Shown piece after piece: positions 17,261 through 30,983 of a DNA stretch of 64,000 bases; position 1 is the stretch's first letter; every line of letters starts with the position of its first letter. This DNA comes from the human T2T-CHM13v2.0 reference genome, Homo sapiens. The stretch is from assembly GCF_009914755.1 (NCBI RefSeq), contig NC_060938.1, one strand, 5' to 3'. A model generated the notes under the pieces. The model ran no database searches. It was not told where the DNA came from and saw only the letters and a program-made list of their open reading frames with translations. Both the position numbers and the translations under genes were made by a program.

Positions 17261-17548
17261 CTCTTTCTCTGTCTCTCTCTTTTTTTTTTTTTTTTTTTTT
17301 TTTTTGAGATAGGTCTCACTCTGTCACCCATAATGGAGTGCAGTGGTGTGATCTCGGCTCACTACAGCCTCTACCTCCTGGGCTCAAGTGATCCTCCCAC
17401 CTCAGCCTCCTGAGTAGCTGGGACATGAGCACCACCATGCCCAACTAATTTTTTCTTTTATGTAGAGATGGGATTTTGCTGTATTGCCAGACTGGTCTCA
17501 AACTCCTGGGCTTAAGTGATCCACCTGCCTCAGCTTCCCAAAGTGCTA
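17261..17548 (-). mobile_element. AluJ, slightly 5'-truncated
   Basis: T-tail plus CT-rich extension, J-type GGGCTCAAGTGATCCTCCC. TSD TAGTCTAGAATT at 17249-17260 and 17550-17561. Confidence 0.92.
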
Positions 17549-18808
17549 GTAGTCTAGAATTTTATACTAGGCTACTGTAGTCTATTCATTCTAGAGAATG
17601 AAATAAAGATCTTGTTTTTCAGGCATGCAAGGTCTCAAAAAATTTACTTTCTGTGCACCCGTCCTCAGAAAGCTGTTTGAGAATATACTCCATCAACATC
17701 AAAACATAATCCGAAAAAGGACAAAAGCATAAGATCTAGGGAACAGTGAATTCAATTAGAAAAGAAGAAAAAGGAATCGAGATGATTAAGGGAGATTCCT
17801 GGATTACAACTGTGCAACCAACCTAGGAAGCAACCCCTTCAGATTGTAAGAGGAGGTTGAAGGACTCCACGAGAGATATCTATAAGACATAAATAAAACT
17901 GGCAGATTATCTGATGTGTCTGATCATATAAAAATATGTTTTAAATTTGGATTAATGCCAGGTATATAAAAATTTAACTGAATAAAAGAACAAGGCAATT
18001 ATTTGTATAGGGGAAATAAAATTTTTCAATAGAAAAATGTGATCACAGCATGGCTCAGTTATGAATAATAATAGTTATAATAGTGCAAATGTTCCCTCAG
18101 TTTAACTAAAATTATAACATAACTATATTGGAAGGATGGAGATTGCAAAATGTGTGTTTGAGGAGGGTGAGGATTAAAAGGGATAAATTGTTATCCCTCA
18201 TGTTAGAAAGTCAATAGATAAATCTAAAACTAAAAAAAAAATAATAGTATACAAATGTTATTTTTAATAATAGAAGTAAACTCTAAAAGAAACAGCTAAA
18301 ATATTTAAAAGTAGAAAGTGGCTGCTTCAAAGGAGCAAAAAAAAAAAAATCAGGACTGGAGAAAGGTGAGGCAGGAATTTGCTGTTTTTCATTCTGTCTT
18401 ACAGAAATATTTTACTATTAAAATTTTGTGCATGTATTTTTATTTAGATAAAAATTGAATTAAAAAGCCAAAGACAATAGCTAAGAATATTTTATGACTC
18501 CTCAGATGACATACACTCCAAATACCCAACAGAATAAATAAAAATAAATCTATTCCTAGACATGTTAGAGTGAAATAGAAGAATATAAAGGACAAAGAGA
18601 AAGCTACCAAACAAAGGAATAAAAGTTAGATTGGCAGAGGCTTCTTTTTAGAAGGAACTTTTAGACTCTTCAGAAACAATAGGCACTATGGAGACATAAT
18701 TTCAAAGTGTTGAGGGTAGAAAAGCGCTGTCAACATACACATTTATACCGATATAAACTGTCATTCAGGAATAAAACTAAGACTTTTTAAAAGAAAGACT
18801 AACATATC

Positions 18809-19161
18809 TGATATGGTTTGGCTGTCTCCCCACCCAAATTTTTGTAATCCTCATAATCCCCACTCGTCTAGGGAGAGACCTGGTGGGAGGATACTGGATC
18901 ACGGGAGTGGTTCCTCCATGCTGTTCTCCTGGTAGTGAGTGAGTTCTCACGAGATCTGATGGTTTTATAAGGGACTCTTTCCGCTTGGCTCCTCACTCTT
19001 TTCTCTCCTGCCGCCAGGTAAAGAGAGTCTTTGCTTCCCCTTCGTTTTCTGCAATGATTATAAATTTCCAGAGGCCTCCCCAACCATGTAGAACTGTGAG
19101 TCAATTAAACCTCTTTCCTTTATGAAGTTTCTTTATAGTAATGTGAAAATGGACTAACACT
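18809..19161 (+). mobile_element. THE1 (C/D-like) solo LTR
   Basis: TGATATGGTTTGGCTGT start; …CTCACGAGATCTGATGGTTTTATAA…GAACTGTGAGTCAATTAAACCTCTTT…GGACTAA end. 5-bp TSD ATATC. Confidence 0.9.
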
Positions 19162-20974
19162 ATATCACTCATAGAACAATAAGAGGATGTACATCCTCTA
19201 AAAGAACGATTAGAGAATGTACTTCAATACACATCAAAGTGAATTCAGGGGAACAGAATAGAAAAATTGATAATGGCAAATTTCATCAACAATTATATGT
19301 TTATTTACAAAATTATTAAATTTTTGTGCTTTTAAAATAAGGTAGAACTAAAACTCTAGGGAACAATAACACAAGGAAGGAAGTGTTAATGGGTAGCTAA
19401 AACCTGTTCAGGTCCTTATGGCAGGGAAAAAAGAGAACCCAGGTATACATTTTGAAAATTCAAGGGTATTCACCAACAGAATAGAAGTAGTAATGCTCTT
19501 ATCCAGTTGGAGTGTAAGCTTGTATAACTTTAAAAAGCAAGTTGGCAATACCTAATAAAGTTAAAACTGTACAAACTCTAAAACCTAGGAATTCCATTTC
19601 TAGATGTAGATGCCAGAGAAACTCTCAAAACTTGCACAAGAGATGTGTATGAGAATGTTCATTGCCACATTGTGATGCAAAACGTTAGATGCAACCCAAA
19701 TGCCAATAAAAGAAGAATGGTTAAAAAAATTGTTAATGGTTAAACAAATGTATTCATACAATGAAATATTATATAGCAAAAAAATTAATGGATTTAACTA
19801 GAGTAACATATATAAACTACATCAATCTAAAAACATCGAGGACAAAAAACAAGTTATAGGATGTGTGCAAAATAATATAATTGCGTAGTTTGAAAACACA
19901 CAAAACGATACAACTCTATGTTGTTTATCTGCAGTAAAAGTATACAAATTGCTTGGGAATTGGAAACACAATACAGGATAGAGTTTACCTCTGAGAAGAA
20001 AGGAGAGCACATGGAATTAGGGAGAGGTAGTTAGGTGACTTCAACTGTGTACGTAACATTTTCTTGTTTTATTTCGTTGAATATGAAGCAGTTGAGCAAA
20101 ATGTTAAGATTTGTCCAAACTGGGTGCTGAGAACACAAGTGTTCATTTTCCTGTTCCTTATGCTTCTCTGTATGTTTGAAATATTCCATAGTTTTAATAA
20201 TTTTTTTTTTTTTTTTTTTTTTGCTCAGGGGCACCAGGCCTCAACTAAAAATAATACTTAAAAAAGAAAGTGATCCAGAAGCCCAAGAGAAGGAATAATA
20301 AGAAAAAACTTCACAGGACTTAGCATCGCACTATTTCATAAAATCAGGAATGCAGCTGTCTTATTCATTGTCATGTTGATACCATGTCTAACATGTAGTT
20401 CATGCTTAACAAATATTAATTGAATGAATAAATTAGGATGTGTTAGGAGTAAGAGAAATAAAATACACCAGGAGTGGATGAGGGATGCCCATAATGACAG
20501 CAGTGGCCTTTGAATATTTTTGTTCACATAACACTGATTTTCCAAAATAATTTTGAAAAATGATGTAGCCCTTGCACATTTTAGATTGACACCCCCCAAA
20601 AAATCATCATTAGCTGAATAGTTATGAAGGGTGTAATTTCCAGCATAGTGTAACTATTGACTATTAAAAATAAAACCTTTACATTGCCCTTTAAAACATA
20701 TCCAAAGGAATCTAACTACTATAGTAATTTCATACACATTATCCACTTAAAAAATGAATGTGTTATATCTAAGAAAAGAATTCTGTTATCTCAAAAGATA
20801 TATAAAGATCAATGCAAAAAATGAGGGAAATATATAAGCTCAGCTTTTAAAATGGGAAATTTTACATTATTCCTTTTTGTTCTTCAAGTTTCCCCCGAAG
20901 AAATTTATCTTAATGTAGTAATTTTACTTACAAATCTTACTTTTTTTACTCCATTATACTTTGCAACAAAAAAT

Positions 20975-20977
20975 TGT

Positions 20978-21015
<38 letters not shown>
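20975..21015. repeat. (TG)n microsatellite
   Basis: Direct read. Confidence 0.97.
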
Positions 21016-21018
<3 letters not shown>

Positions 21019-21344
21019 GAATTTAATGTTTCAATTGCTTGTGACTAAGTCTTTAAATGATAAAATTTCTTCTGGATTGGTCATCAATATAAGTTTTAGA
21101 AATATTAATGAAAATAGCAAAAATATGTTAGAAAGTTTGATAATGTTTAAACACAAAAGTAATATTTTATTGAAGATTTATTTCTTAATATGAATAGGGC
21201 ATGTAAAATTTTCACCTTAATCATTTGTTAGTAGATGGAGATACTGCTAAAATAAGGTAGAGTTCAACAACAATTTTATTCCCATTTTGTTTTCATTGAT
21301 ATAAACTGAGAAACCATATTTAGCCAAGTGCAGCCTGTGTCCGC

Positions 21345-21555
21345 AAAAGCTTTGGGATCAGTCTGCCTGAGTTCAAATCCCAGCTCTTGTCATTTCCTAC
21401 CTCTCTGACCTTGGACAAACAGTTAACCTTTCTGAGCTTTCTTTTTCATCTGTAAAACAGGGATGATAATAAAACTTACCTTATGGGGTTCTTGTGAGTA
21501 TTAAATGGGTTAATGCTTGTAAAGGGCTTAAACCTGTCCCTGGCACATAATAACT
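21345..21555 (+). mobile_element. MIR SINE
   Basis: GTTCAAATCCCAGCTC…GACCTTGGACAA…TCATCTGTAAAA…GATAATAA core. Confidence 0.85.
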
Positions 21556-22643
21556 TTCTCCAAGTATTTAAGCAAAGTGCTGAATAAGTAGATGGAATAG
21601 AAAGAGGTTTGCTGTAATAGAGTTCCCAATTGTGTTCATCCGTCTGAGTTATTTGTAAAACAAAAAATCACATAATGATCTATTATCCAAAATTATTTTT
21701 AACAATATATGAGGTGACAACTAGATTCAGTCTTCGTTTAAAAGCTAAGAATTGAAAACCACCTGACATGAGAAAGAAATTGCTACCCAGTCATCAGGAT
21801 CATTTCCTTTCTCAGTGCCTACACTAATGTCCCTAACTTTGCTTGGTGACTCAGAGGTTTTTACACCCCTGGATCATCAGTAAAGTTATAAATGAGAAAG
21901 CAAGAAGGCTTTTCTTGCCTTTTTTGATCAAGCGGCAAAGGCAGATTGTAAAATGGATTATTTGTCTGAAGGCAAGGTAACAAGATCGGTTATAGGTAAG
22001 GGTGCATCTGGAAGTCTGAAATCTTCACATTGACCCCAATAGAACTACGGTTGATGGTGAACCTTGGACATTTCTGTGACTCCCCAGCAGCTAGCGCTTC
22101 CCTGTTGGAGGTCTACCGATGAGATTCTGGCTCTGGGGGTGGCAGCAGCTATGTGGGATCCACTTTAGTCTGCACCAAAGGAAGCAGCTGGAATAACTTA
22201 GTTCCAGGAGGGACGAATAGCCATTCCTTAGCTCACAGGACAGAGCATCTCTGGCAGTCAGCAAACTGGGAGCTGGAGAGCAGCTGAGCTTGTGAACTGA
22301 TTTGTGTTTCAGGCGTCACCTTCCAGCATTGCATAAAGCCCAGAGGGCAAAATTCTCTCTACAGCCAAGGACTCATCAGCCTGACCCAAATGCTGGGTTT
22401 GAACCACAGATGTGGCTTTGCTTTAATCACATATTGGTATCAAATTCTTCTATACAAGAACGTCCTCTTTGTATTGGTTGAAAATGGGATTTTTAGCTGT
22501 ATCCCTACACACACACTTTAAACCTACAAGTGAATTCAAATAGCCAGTTATTTTAAAAATTACCAGCTATTTTTTAAAATTCCAGATCACAGCTGGCTAG
22601 GAAATGCTTTTTTGGTTTTCATGAGATGCATGTGGGTGTGGTG

Positions 22644-22644
<1 letters not shown>

Positions 22645-22693
<49 letters not shown>

Positions 22694-22700
22694 ACACACA
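22645..22700. repeat. (CA)n microsatellite
   Basis: Direct read. Confidence 0.97.
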
Positions 22701-23624
22701 GCCTTTGCCAAGAGGTGCCCACTGGGGCTCTTATTACCCCAGAGGCACATCTAACCTGCTTCTGGACTTAGGCACTAACACATTTCAAATACCAATGAAA
22801 TATCACCTGATTGGGACTGCTCTCAGGTTATCAGTTATTTTGGGGGGACTGGGAGAGGTAAGATGTGCACAGGGAATCATTTAATTTGTTGAAATTATGT
22901 ATATTTGTGAGAGCATTTGCCATGCCTCAAATGCTTTATGTAATTTTATAAAGTCATCTTGTAATCAAAAGCCAGGATTTAGAGAGTAGGCCATTCCCAT
23001 AGAAAGAGAGAATGAAAAGGGTTAAAGAAAAGATAAAAAGCTATACTTCAAAAGGTCCTACAAGATTATTTATAGAAACAGCATCAGACAATGAAAACTG
23101 ACAAAATTATTTCCCGATGTTACATGGTCTGGTATCATCAAGGGAACCTTGCATCTGATTAAAAATAATTATTGCTGGCATTAAATCCAGTTGGAATCAC
23201 CCCACACGATTTATCTTCTATTTCATGCTGCTACCATATGCCTGACATTGTGGTACAGAAACATTCTCTTTCATTCTGATAAGTAGTACTTTGTAAATAT
23301 TTAGAGACGGGAGCTCTGGATCGCTGAACAATTCTGACAGGGAACATGTGCAATCGAGCCCGTTATTCATGTTCCTGAGAGAGACTCTCTTTGAGATGTG
23401 GGACCCAAAAGCATTCGTGAAACTGAGAATTCCTTTCCCAACATTCTTGTTCAGAATTAGCAGCAATTGGAGGAGCATGGTTGGGCACTCTACATGAGCC
23501 ATGCTGCCCCAAGGGCGCACATACATCAGTGAGACATTTTGCTGTCTGGCATGTGCTGGATAAGTTGATAAAACTGCTACATTTATTCAACTGGCTTTTC
23601 CTGGAACATTTGATTCAAGAAACC

Positions 23625-23998
23625 ATACCTAACATGACCTTATTTGGAGACAGGGTCTTTACAGAGGTAATCAAGTTAAAATGAGGTCCTTAGGACAGAT
23701 CCTAATCCAATGTGAGTGGTGTCCTTACAAAAAAAAAAAGAAAGAAATTTGGACACAGACAAAGAGGGAGGACAATGTGAAAAGATGAAGATGACCATCG
23801 ACGAGAGAGAAGACGGCTATCTTCAAGCCAAGGAGAGAGGTCTGGACAGATCCTTCCTTATGGCCCTTAGAAGAACCCAACCCTGCCAAGACCTTCATTT
23901 CAGACATTCAGCCTCCAGCGCTGTGAGACAATACGTTCCTGTTGTTTAAGCCACTCAGTTTGTGATATACTGTTACAAAAGCCTTAGCAAATTGATAT
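23625..23998 (+). mobile_element. MLT1B/C-type LTR
   Basis: GACCTTATTTGGAGACAGGGTCTTTACAGAGGTAATCAAGTTAAAATGAGGTC…CAAGCCAAGGAGAGAGG…GTTTAAGCCACTCAGTTTGTG. Confidence 0.85.
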
Positions 23999-24945
23999 AG
24001 AAAGACTCCATACATAACACTCTTTGTAGACTTCTATTTGGAGAATTTGAGTCTCCGAAGAGAGAGAACTTTTACTTCACTCTTCAGGAGGCTGCTGCCT
24101 AGAGGAATCCTTGTCCTTCTTTACCTTCATGTGAAGAGGAGTGAATCATGGGACACACTGGTGCATCATGGGTAACTGACTGTGTGTGTCCCGGTGTTTC
24201 TCTCTTTGAAACTGTCAGCCCTCAGACTCTGCTTCCTCTTCACCACTCCTGCTTCCATGTGGCAAACTGTCCACACCAGGCTGCTCACTGCCTGCACAGG
24301 GGCAACCATCTTTCCTCTAGTGCTTGACTTGGGCTCCATTCAGGGAGAGTGGTAAGAAGTCCCAGGGCAGGCTCATGCTTAGCTGGCTTTCTAGCTAGCA
24401 TCTACAGTGATAAAGTTTGTAGTTTGATATCTGTTGTCTCAATCCCTTGTGAGAATAATCTGTTAGCTGGGACTCTGGTACCCTGAATAAACCCCTTCGA
24501 GTTTATTTGACTTAAATACTAGATTGTGTGGGTCCCTGACTCTTCTGGGGACTTGAATTGGGCTATGGTGCTCATCCTTCTTGTTTATGTGTGGGAGTAC
24601 TATCCCCCCAATTAGAATTTTTACAGGAGCATTTTAAAAACGTAATTGCAACATTCGGTTATCATTGGATTCAAGTTGGAAGTTTCTGCTCTTGTCATTT
24701 ATGGATATCTGACATCTCCCCCCAAATGAGGAAACTTGTCAAATTGACATTTCTTCTGTGATAGTTGATGATGTTTCAAGAAGCCTATAGAAAATCATTC
24801 TCTGAAACTTCCAGATCATTTCCAAGGGACTTTTTTTTTTTTAAAGCAACACCCCATCTTTCCCAAGGAGATTCTACTCCTGTTCAGAAGAATGCAATTT
24901 TAAACTTAGCAGCTGTCAGGAGCAAGGCTGGACATCTTAGGACAT

Positions 24946-25754
24946 TGTACCTGGAAACACAAATCAAACTGTTTTTTCTCTGCTTTCCAACCACAACAAC
25001 AATCAACACAGAACACTTCTTTGACCAAATGTGTGTGTGGGGTTTCCCCCACCAACACTCAAGCACTCAATTCTGCAGTGGACACCAGTTGGGAGTCCTC
25101 TAATTCAATTCCAACACTATCCTCCTGGAGATAGTGTTAGATTCCCACAGGTTGAGGGCTCAGTCCCCAAGACTGTCCTTCCCACCTCTGATGCCTGTCA
25201 CAAGCCCCAGGCAATGTTGCCTGTGTTTCTGACCAACAAGCTATGTATCAGAGTTCCCACAACCCCCTCCTCAGGTTTGAATAATTTGCTAGAGTGGCTC
25301 GTAAAACTCAGGCAAACATTCACTTATTATCAGTTTTTTGCAAAAGATACTTTAAAAGACACAAATAGTCAGGTCAAGAGATATATTGGCTGAAGTCTGG
25401 AAGGGTCTTGAGCATAGGAGCTTCTATCCCTGTGGAGTTGCGGTGCACCACCCTTTCACCTGCCTGTAAGCCTCCATGTGTTCAGCTGTCTGGAAACTCT
25501 TCTAACCCTGCCCTGAATCTTCAGTCCCTCTCCTCTCCCTAGAGGTTGGGAGGTAGAGCTGAAGGTCCCAACCCTCTAATCCTGCCATGGTCTTTCTGGT
25601 GACCAGTCCCCATGCTGAAGCTGCCTAGGGGTTGCCAATCATGATTCAACTCATTAGCATACAAAACACATCACTTTGGAGATTCTAAGGACTCTAGGAG
25701 TTGTATGTCAGGAAACAGAGGTCTAAGACCAAATATATACTTCACAATATCACA
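24946..25754 (-). mobile_element. MER21-type solo LTR
   Basis: The minus strand starts TGTGATATTGTGAAGTATATATTTGGTC and ends …TACA. Flanks GACAT/GTCAT form an imperfect 5-bp TSD. Confidence 0.8.
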
Positions 25755-26227
25755 GTCATTTTATATCTTACCTGCTCATTGTTAGAAATCATTTATTCAT
25801 CTTAACTACATCTTCCTAAATATTTGCTATGTGTAATTTATCAAGGTAAAAGAGTTTTTCTCCTCAGCAAAGTCAGAAACTGGTAGCTCTTTGATATAAA
25901 AAGTGAACTGTGCCAAAAATAATTGGCACAGTTGTCATGACATACAAAGAGCAAGAGGAAGAAATGGGAGAAAAATGTAAGGCAAAGAAGCAAATTCATT
26001 GTTATTAAAGTGTTCAAAGTATCTGCCCTAGGAAGTTAGAGAGCTGGCTTTCCATGTTCTCCTGAAACTATGGACCAGAGCCCAGCCATGCTGTCAGAAA
26101 GACGGAGGGAGGAGCGAGAGAGAGGAAGAAGGAGATAATAAGAGAATGCTAGTAAAGTTTTGAAACACAGAGAAAAAGGAGGAAATTATGTGTCTTCATA
26201 TATTTTCTTCTGGTTAAGCATACATAG

Positions 26228-26583
<356 letters not shown>

Positions 26584-27609
26584 ACTTTATTTTTCTCTAT
26601 CAAACTTGAAGACTCAGAAGCTCTACTGGACAGGATGGAAAACACCAATCTCAGCTCTTCTTGGGGCTCTCCAGCCCACTCATTACATAAAGGCCCTGCG
26701 GGTCAATTCAGCACAGTCTGGCCTTTTGTCTTCACTGGGTACCGCTGAAGTGCTTGGGCCCATGTGGTCCTTTTATAGCAGTCAGCAATCTCAAAAGCCT
26801 GGGGACTCTAGCACCAAGGACACAGACTTCCCTAAGAATACCACTCTGTCATTTTCCTCTTGGGTTGGCAAGCTCCATAAAGTGCTATAAGGGTTAAGTC
26901 TTGAAAACCTTGGAATGCGCAAAGCTCAACTCTAATCTAGTCTCAAAGACTCTTCTGCACCCTGGGTCTCATATCATTTCCACTTCTAATACTGCAAATA
27001 CTTCCCAGTAAACCATCCTCTTCTGATGAATCCTTAGTGACTGTCTTTCAACCAGTCTTTGGAAATATACCCTGAGGATGGGGCTGGGGTCAGGACTGCT
27101 GACACTGGCCAGCTTTCTTTTACCACTTACCCAACTATACTCTCATTTGGTATTCACTATCTAGAACTTGATGGCTTGGTACCTTTTCAACTTCAGTGTC
27201 TCATCTGCCCCACTAGTTCTAAGTTTCTGCAGACGTTGACCATACATCAAAAGTCCTGAAATTCCCTACAGTGCCAGGCAGACAATGATTTATTTTTATT
27301 GACAGAGAAAATCAGTTAGCTAGGTTTTTCCTTTCATTATTTCAGCCCATTGTGCCCCCTTTCTCTTTACTGAAACTTCCAGAAAGGGAGGTTTTCTTAT
27401 AGGGCCTTTTTTCAAGGAGAAAGAGATTCACTATAACTTCTAAGTAATATTTATTTTATAGAACTTGGTTCAAACATTATTACTTCTCTGAAACTTTCCC
27501 TGATTTCTCTGAATATGAGTAATATTTCTTTTCTACAACCCCCCACCTCCATAAAATATTTTAGCCCCTTTTCTTTTTTTCTCAGCCCTAGATATTGAAG
27601 AGGTGACAG

Positions 27610-27810
27610 TGAAGTGGCTGAAAGCACAGATTCTGGAGCCAAATTGCTTGAATCAAAAATCTGGCTATGCTCCTTCCTAGGTTTGCAACTTTGCGCAGGT
27701 TTCCTCATTTGGAAAAAATGATTACAATAGCACTTATCTCACGTAAGAATTATATGAATTTATACATAGAAAGTACTTGAGGCAAAGTAGATATTTAATA
27801 TACCTGAACT
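27610..27810 (+). mobile_element. MIR SINE
   Basis: AGCACAGATTCTGGAGCCA…GTTTCCTCATTTG…AATAGCACTTATCTCA. Confidence 0.7.
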
Positions 27811-28349
27811 ATTAACATATGCTGATTTGACTAACGGCACTTTGCTGTTAATTTAGACATCCCTAATCATAATAGCAAAAAAATGACAATAACTTGGAGT
27901 AAATGGAAGAATTTTTAGAATAAATCACTGACAGAACTAAAATAATGACATGTTTCCAAAACAAGGCCCTTTGATGATCGGCTTTAAACAGAAGAAAATA
28001 ATCTGTAGTTAGCGTATCAATTTTTAGAGTGCTTCTAAAGTACCTGAGTGTTGAAAACACTCCAGCACATTAGAGACTTAATCTACTTTAAACATTGCAT
28101 ACTAGATATATGCACAATGTTTTACAAACCAAATAAATACAGGTGCAGTTGTCCATTTAGGAAGAAAAGTCACTATATTATTCTAAAAGTACCCAGTTAC
28201 ATGATGTCTAAAGGGTGACAAACGCTAACTTGGCCCAAATCAATGAAGTTTTTCAACATTGTAATTATTTATCTGAATATACCAAATGCAAATGACCTAG
28301 GATACTTCTAGGAACTGAGTTGTGCCCATATTTTGCTTTGCAAAGGGTG

Positions 28350-28811
28350 GTAGAGATGTGGCTTACCTTGAGATGCAGATCTATTTGCAGGCGGTTTATT
28401 GGGAGTACGCTGAGAAACAATACCCTTCAGGAAATGAAGGAAGCAGGACTGGGCAGAGGGAGATGAACGGTGATGCAGTTGCAACAGAGTCCTCTTTTGA
28501 TGCCGTAGGAACCTCTGGAGCTTGAGTGGCCCTTCAGAATTATGCAAATCGAGGAAAGGGTCTGAGCCTTTGTATAGCCACCACTACCCACATCCACACC
28601 CACACTCATGTTCCCTCTTCACCCTATGCACTGACCAGCCTGGGAGGGAGAGGACATAACATTGGGTGAGGTAACTCCCTTCAGCTCTTGGCAATTTTTA
28701 AAGGGTAACTTTGCTGTGACCCTTCAGCAGCCAACACCGCAGGAAGCTGAGGGAATGAGGGTCTAGATTCTAAAAGCAGGATTTGGGTGCTGTACCACAG
28801 CATCCACTACA
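28350..28811 (-). mobile_element. LTR40-like ERVL LTR
   Basis: GGAAGCAGGACTGGGCAGAGGGAG…GATGCAGTTGCAACAGAG…GGCCCTTCAGA; ends CACAGCATCCACTACA. Confidence 0.65.
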
Positions 28812-28895
28812 CCACATGAAGGAGGAACAATTCATACAACTTGACTTTAACCTTTTGGTTTGCTATATCTCAACCAAGTGCTATAGGTTCTATTG

Positions 28896-29264
28896 CAGAT
28901 GCTCGTTGACTTAACAATGGGGTTACATCCCCATAAACCCATAAGTTGAAAATATTGTAAGTTGAAAATGCATTTAATACACCTAACCTACTGAACACCA
29001 TAGCTCAGCCTAGCCTACCGTAAACATTCTCAGGACACTTACATTAGCCTATGGTTGGGCAAATCCTCTCACACAAAGCCTATGTTATAGTAAAGTGCTG
29101 AATATCTCATGTAACTCATTGAATACTGTACTGAAAGTGAAAAACAGAAAGGTTGTATGGGTACTTGAAGTATGGTTTCTACTGAAGACGTATCTTTTTT
29201 GCACAATGGTAAAATCAAAAAATTTTAAGTTGAACTATTGTAAGACAGGGGCCATCACCATCTG
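28896..29264 (+). mobile_element. MER47A (TcMar-Tigger MITE)
   Basis: CAGATGCTC…GACTT…GGGGTTAC…ATAAACCC start, internal AATGCATTTAATACACCTAACCTAC, end …CCATCTG followed by TA; ~370 bp. Confidence 0.88.
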
Positions 29265-30983
29265 TAGTGGATCCTAATTTCAGGGCTGAACAAGTTACCT
29301 GTGGACTAATTGCCTAGGGTTCTTCTGTGGAAATTGGAACTACTATATGAGAAGTAGCCATAATGGGAGAAAAGAGTCACCTAGATCTGTTTTAAATTGA
29401 ATATCCATGAACAACCTCTTAACAAGGCTTATACCACTTTAATACAATAGGTTCCCAACCCCTGTGACTTTCTCCCCTAGGGTCAAAAGAATAGCTCATT
29501 CACCTCTTGCCTATTGCATTTATCTTGATTCTCCCTGGGCAAGAAAGGGGAATCAATCTGGCAATTATGTGGACAATGAAACTCATAGGATTTTCTTCCT
29601 ATGTACTGAAAATGAGAAATTAGAAGGATTATATCATATCTGTACTGAAAATGAGAAATTAGAAGGATTTTGCCTCAGTATTGGAACTTGTACATATCTT
29701 GCTTCTTCATGGTATCATAATATAGCACACTTGTTTCAAATCTGATTAAAATCCAGAAGTAAAAAATGTGTATTAATTGATCCATGCATTTAGGTGAATA
29801 ATAAATTGAATCCCTAGATTGATTTTTCTGGGGAAGCCTGTAAAGTAAGAAATCTTGCATTATTTATCACTGATCAACCAATGTAATGTTTAAGGTAGCT
29901 GAACTGGTGTCCATTCTGTCTCTCCAGGGAGAAGAGCAGGCTTATTTAAGAGAGATCAGATTTTTTTATACAGTATCAGATTTGTACTCCAAGTCTTTCA
30001 AAACTTGACAGAAGGGTCATCCAAAGCTGCCTTCCTGCTTTCCAGGTGAGTAAACCTGAGTAGAAGGAAAGACAATTCCTCTGTAACCTTAGAAAGAAGA
30101 CAGTAGACCCAAGTGAAACCAAGTGTATTTTTACCAATCAGATGAGTCATTTTTCCCACAAGGTTAATTATCGTTAATGACTAATTAAGGAGTCATGTGA
30201 AGTATTTATCTTGAATAATGTGGATCCATGTGGTTTGTGCTATTGGATTTTAGCTCTCTGCTGTGACAGCGCTCTTCAAAACACCATATTGAGGTTAAAT
30301 CTCTTTGGTACTATATGCTAGGGTTGTGAAGCCTGAGGACATATTTTACAGTGACACTGGCCAGGTTTAGCCTGGCTTTTAGCTAACTGTGGAGCTAGAA
30401 TTATTCTTGTTCATTTGAGGCTTCCAGCTTGGAATTTGAAGATAAATGAGTCAGTTCCATCTATTCTCTAGCAATTAACTGATAATTGGGATGTTTAATT
30501 GGAAAACTGACTTGAAGGACGTTAGCCTGATTAGATGCGTTGGCATGAAAAACAGGTTCTACTCCTAGTTCATCTACATTCACATGCTATATTAACACCC
30601 TAACTCCAGATCAAACCCAAATCCAGCTTGTTAATGAATATCTAAAAAATAAATGAATACTTACAAAAATGCTTTCTGGAAACTTAATAGATTTAGAAGC
30701 CAATCTTCTACAGACTACTTGAGTCACTAATATTTATTCTACAGTTACTTACAGCTCACCTACTTAGGGCAAGGAAGGTGCTTATAGGTATGTAAACATT
30801 AATAATGTAGCTTTTGAATTCAAGAAGCCTAAGTCAACCTAAGTTTTTCTTAGAGTATAAATCAAGGTAAATAACACCCTCAGTTTCTTCTCTGAAAATC
30901 AGACAACCACCCAACTTCTTGATCCATACCATGAAGACACAATGGGCATGCAAGGTTTGTACCAAAATAATCAAGACTACACC

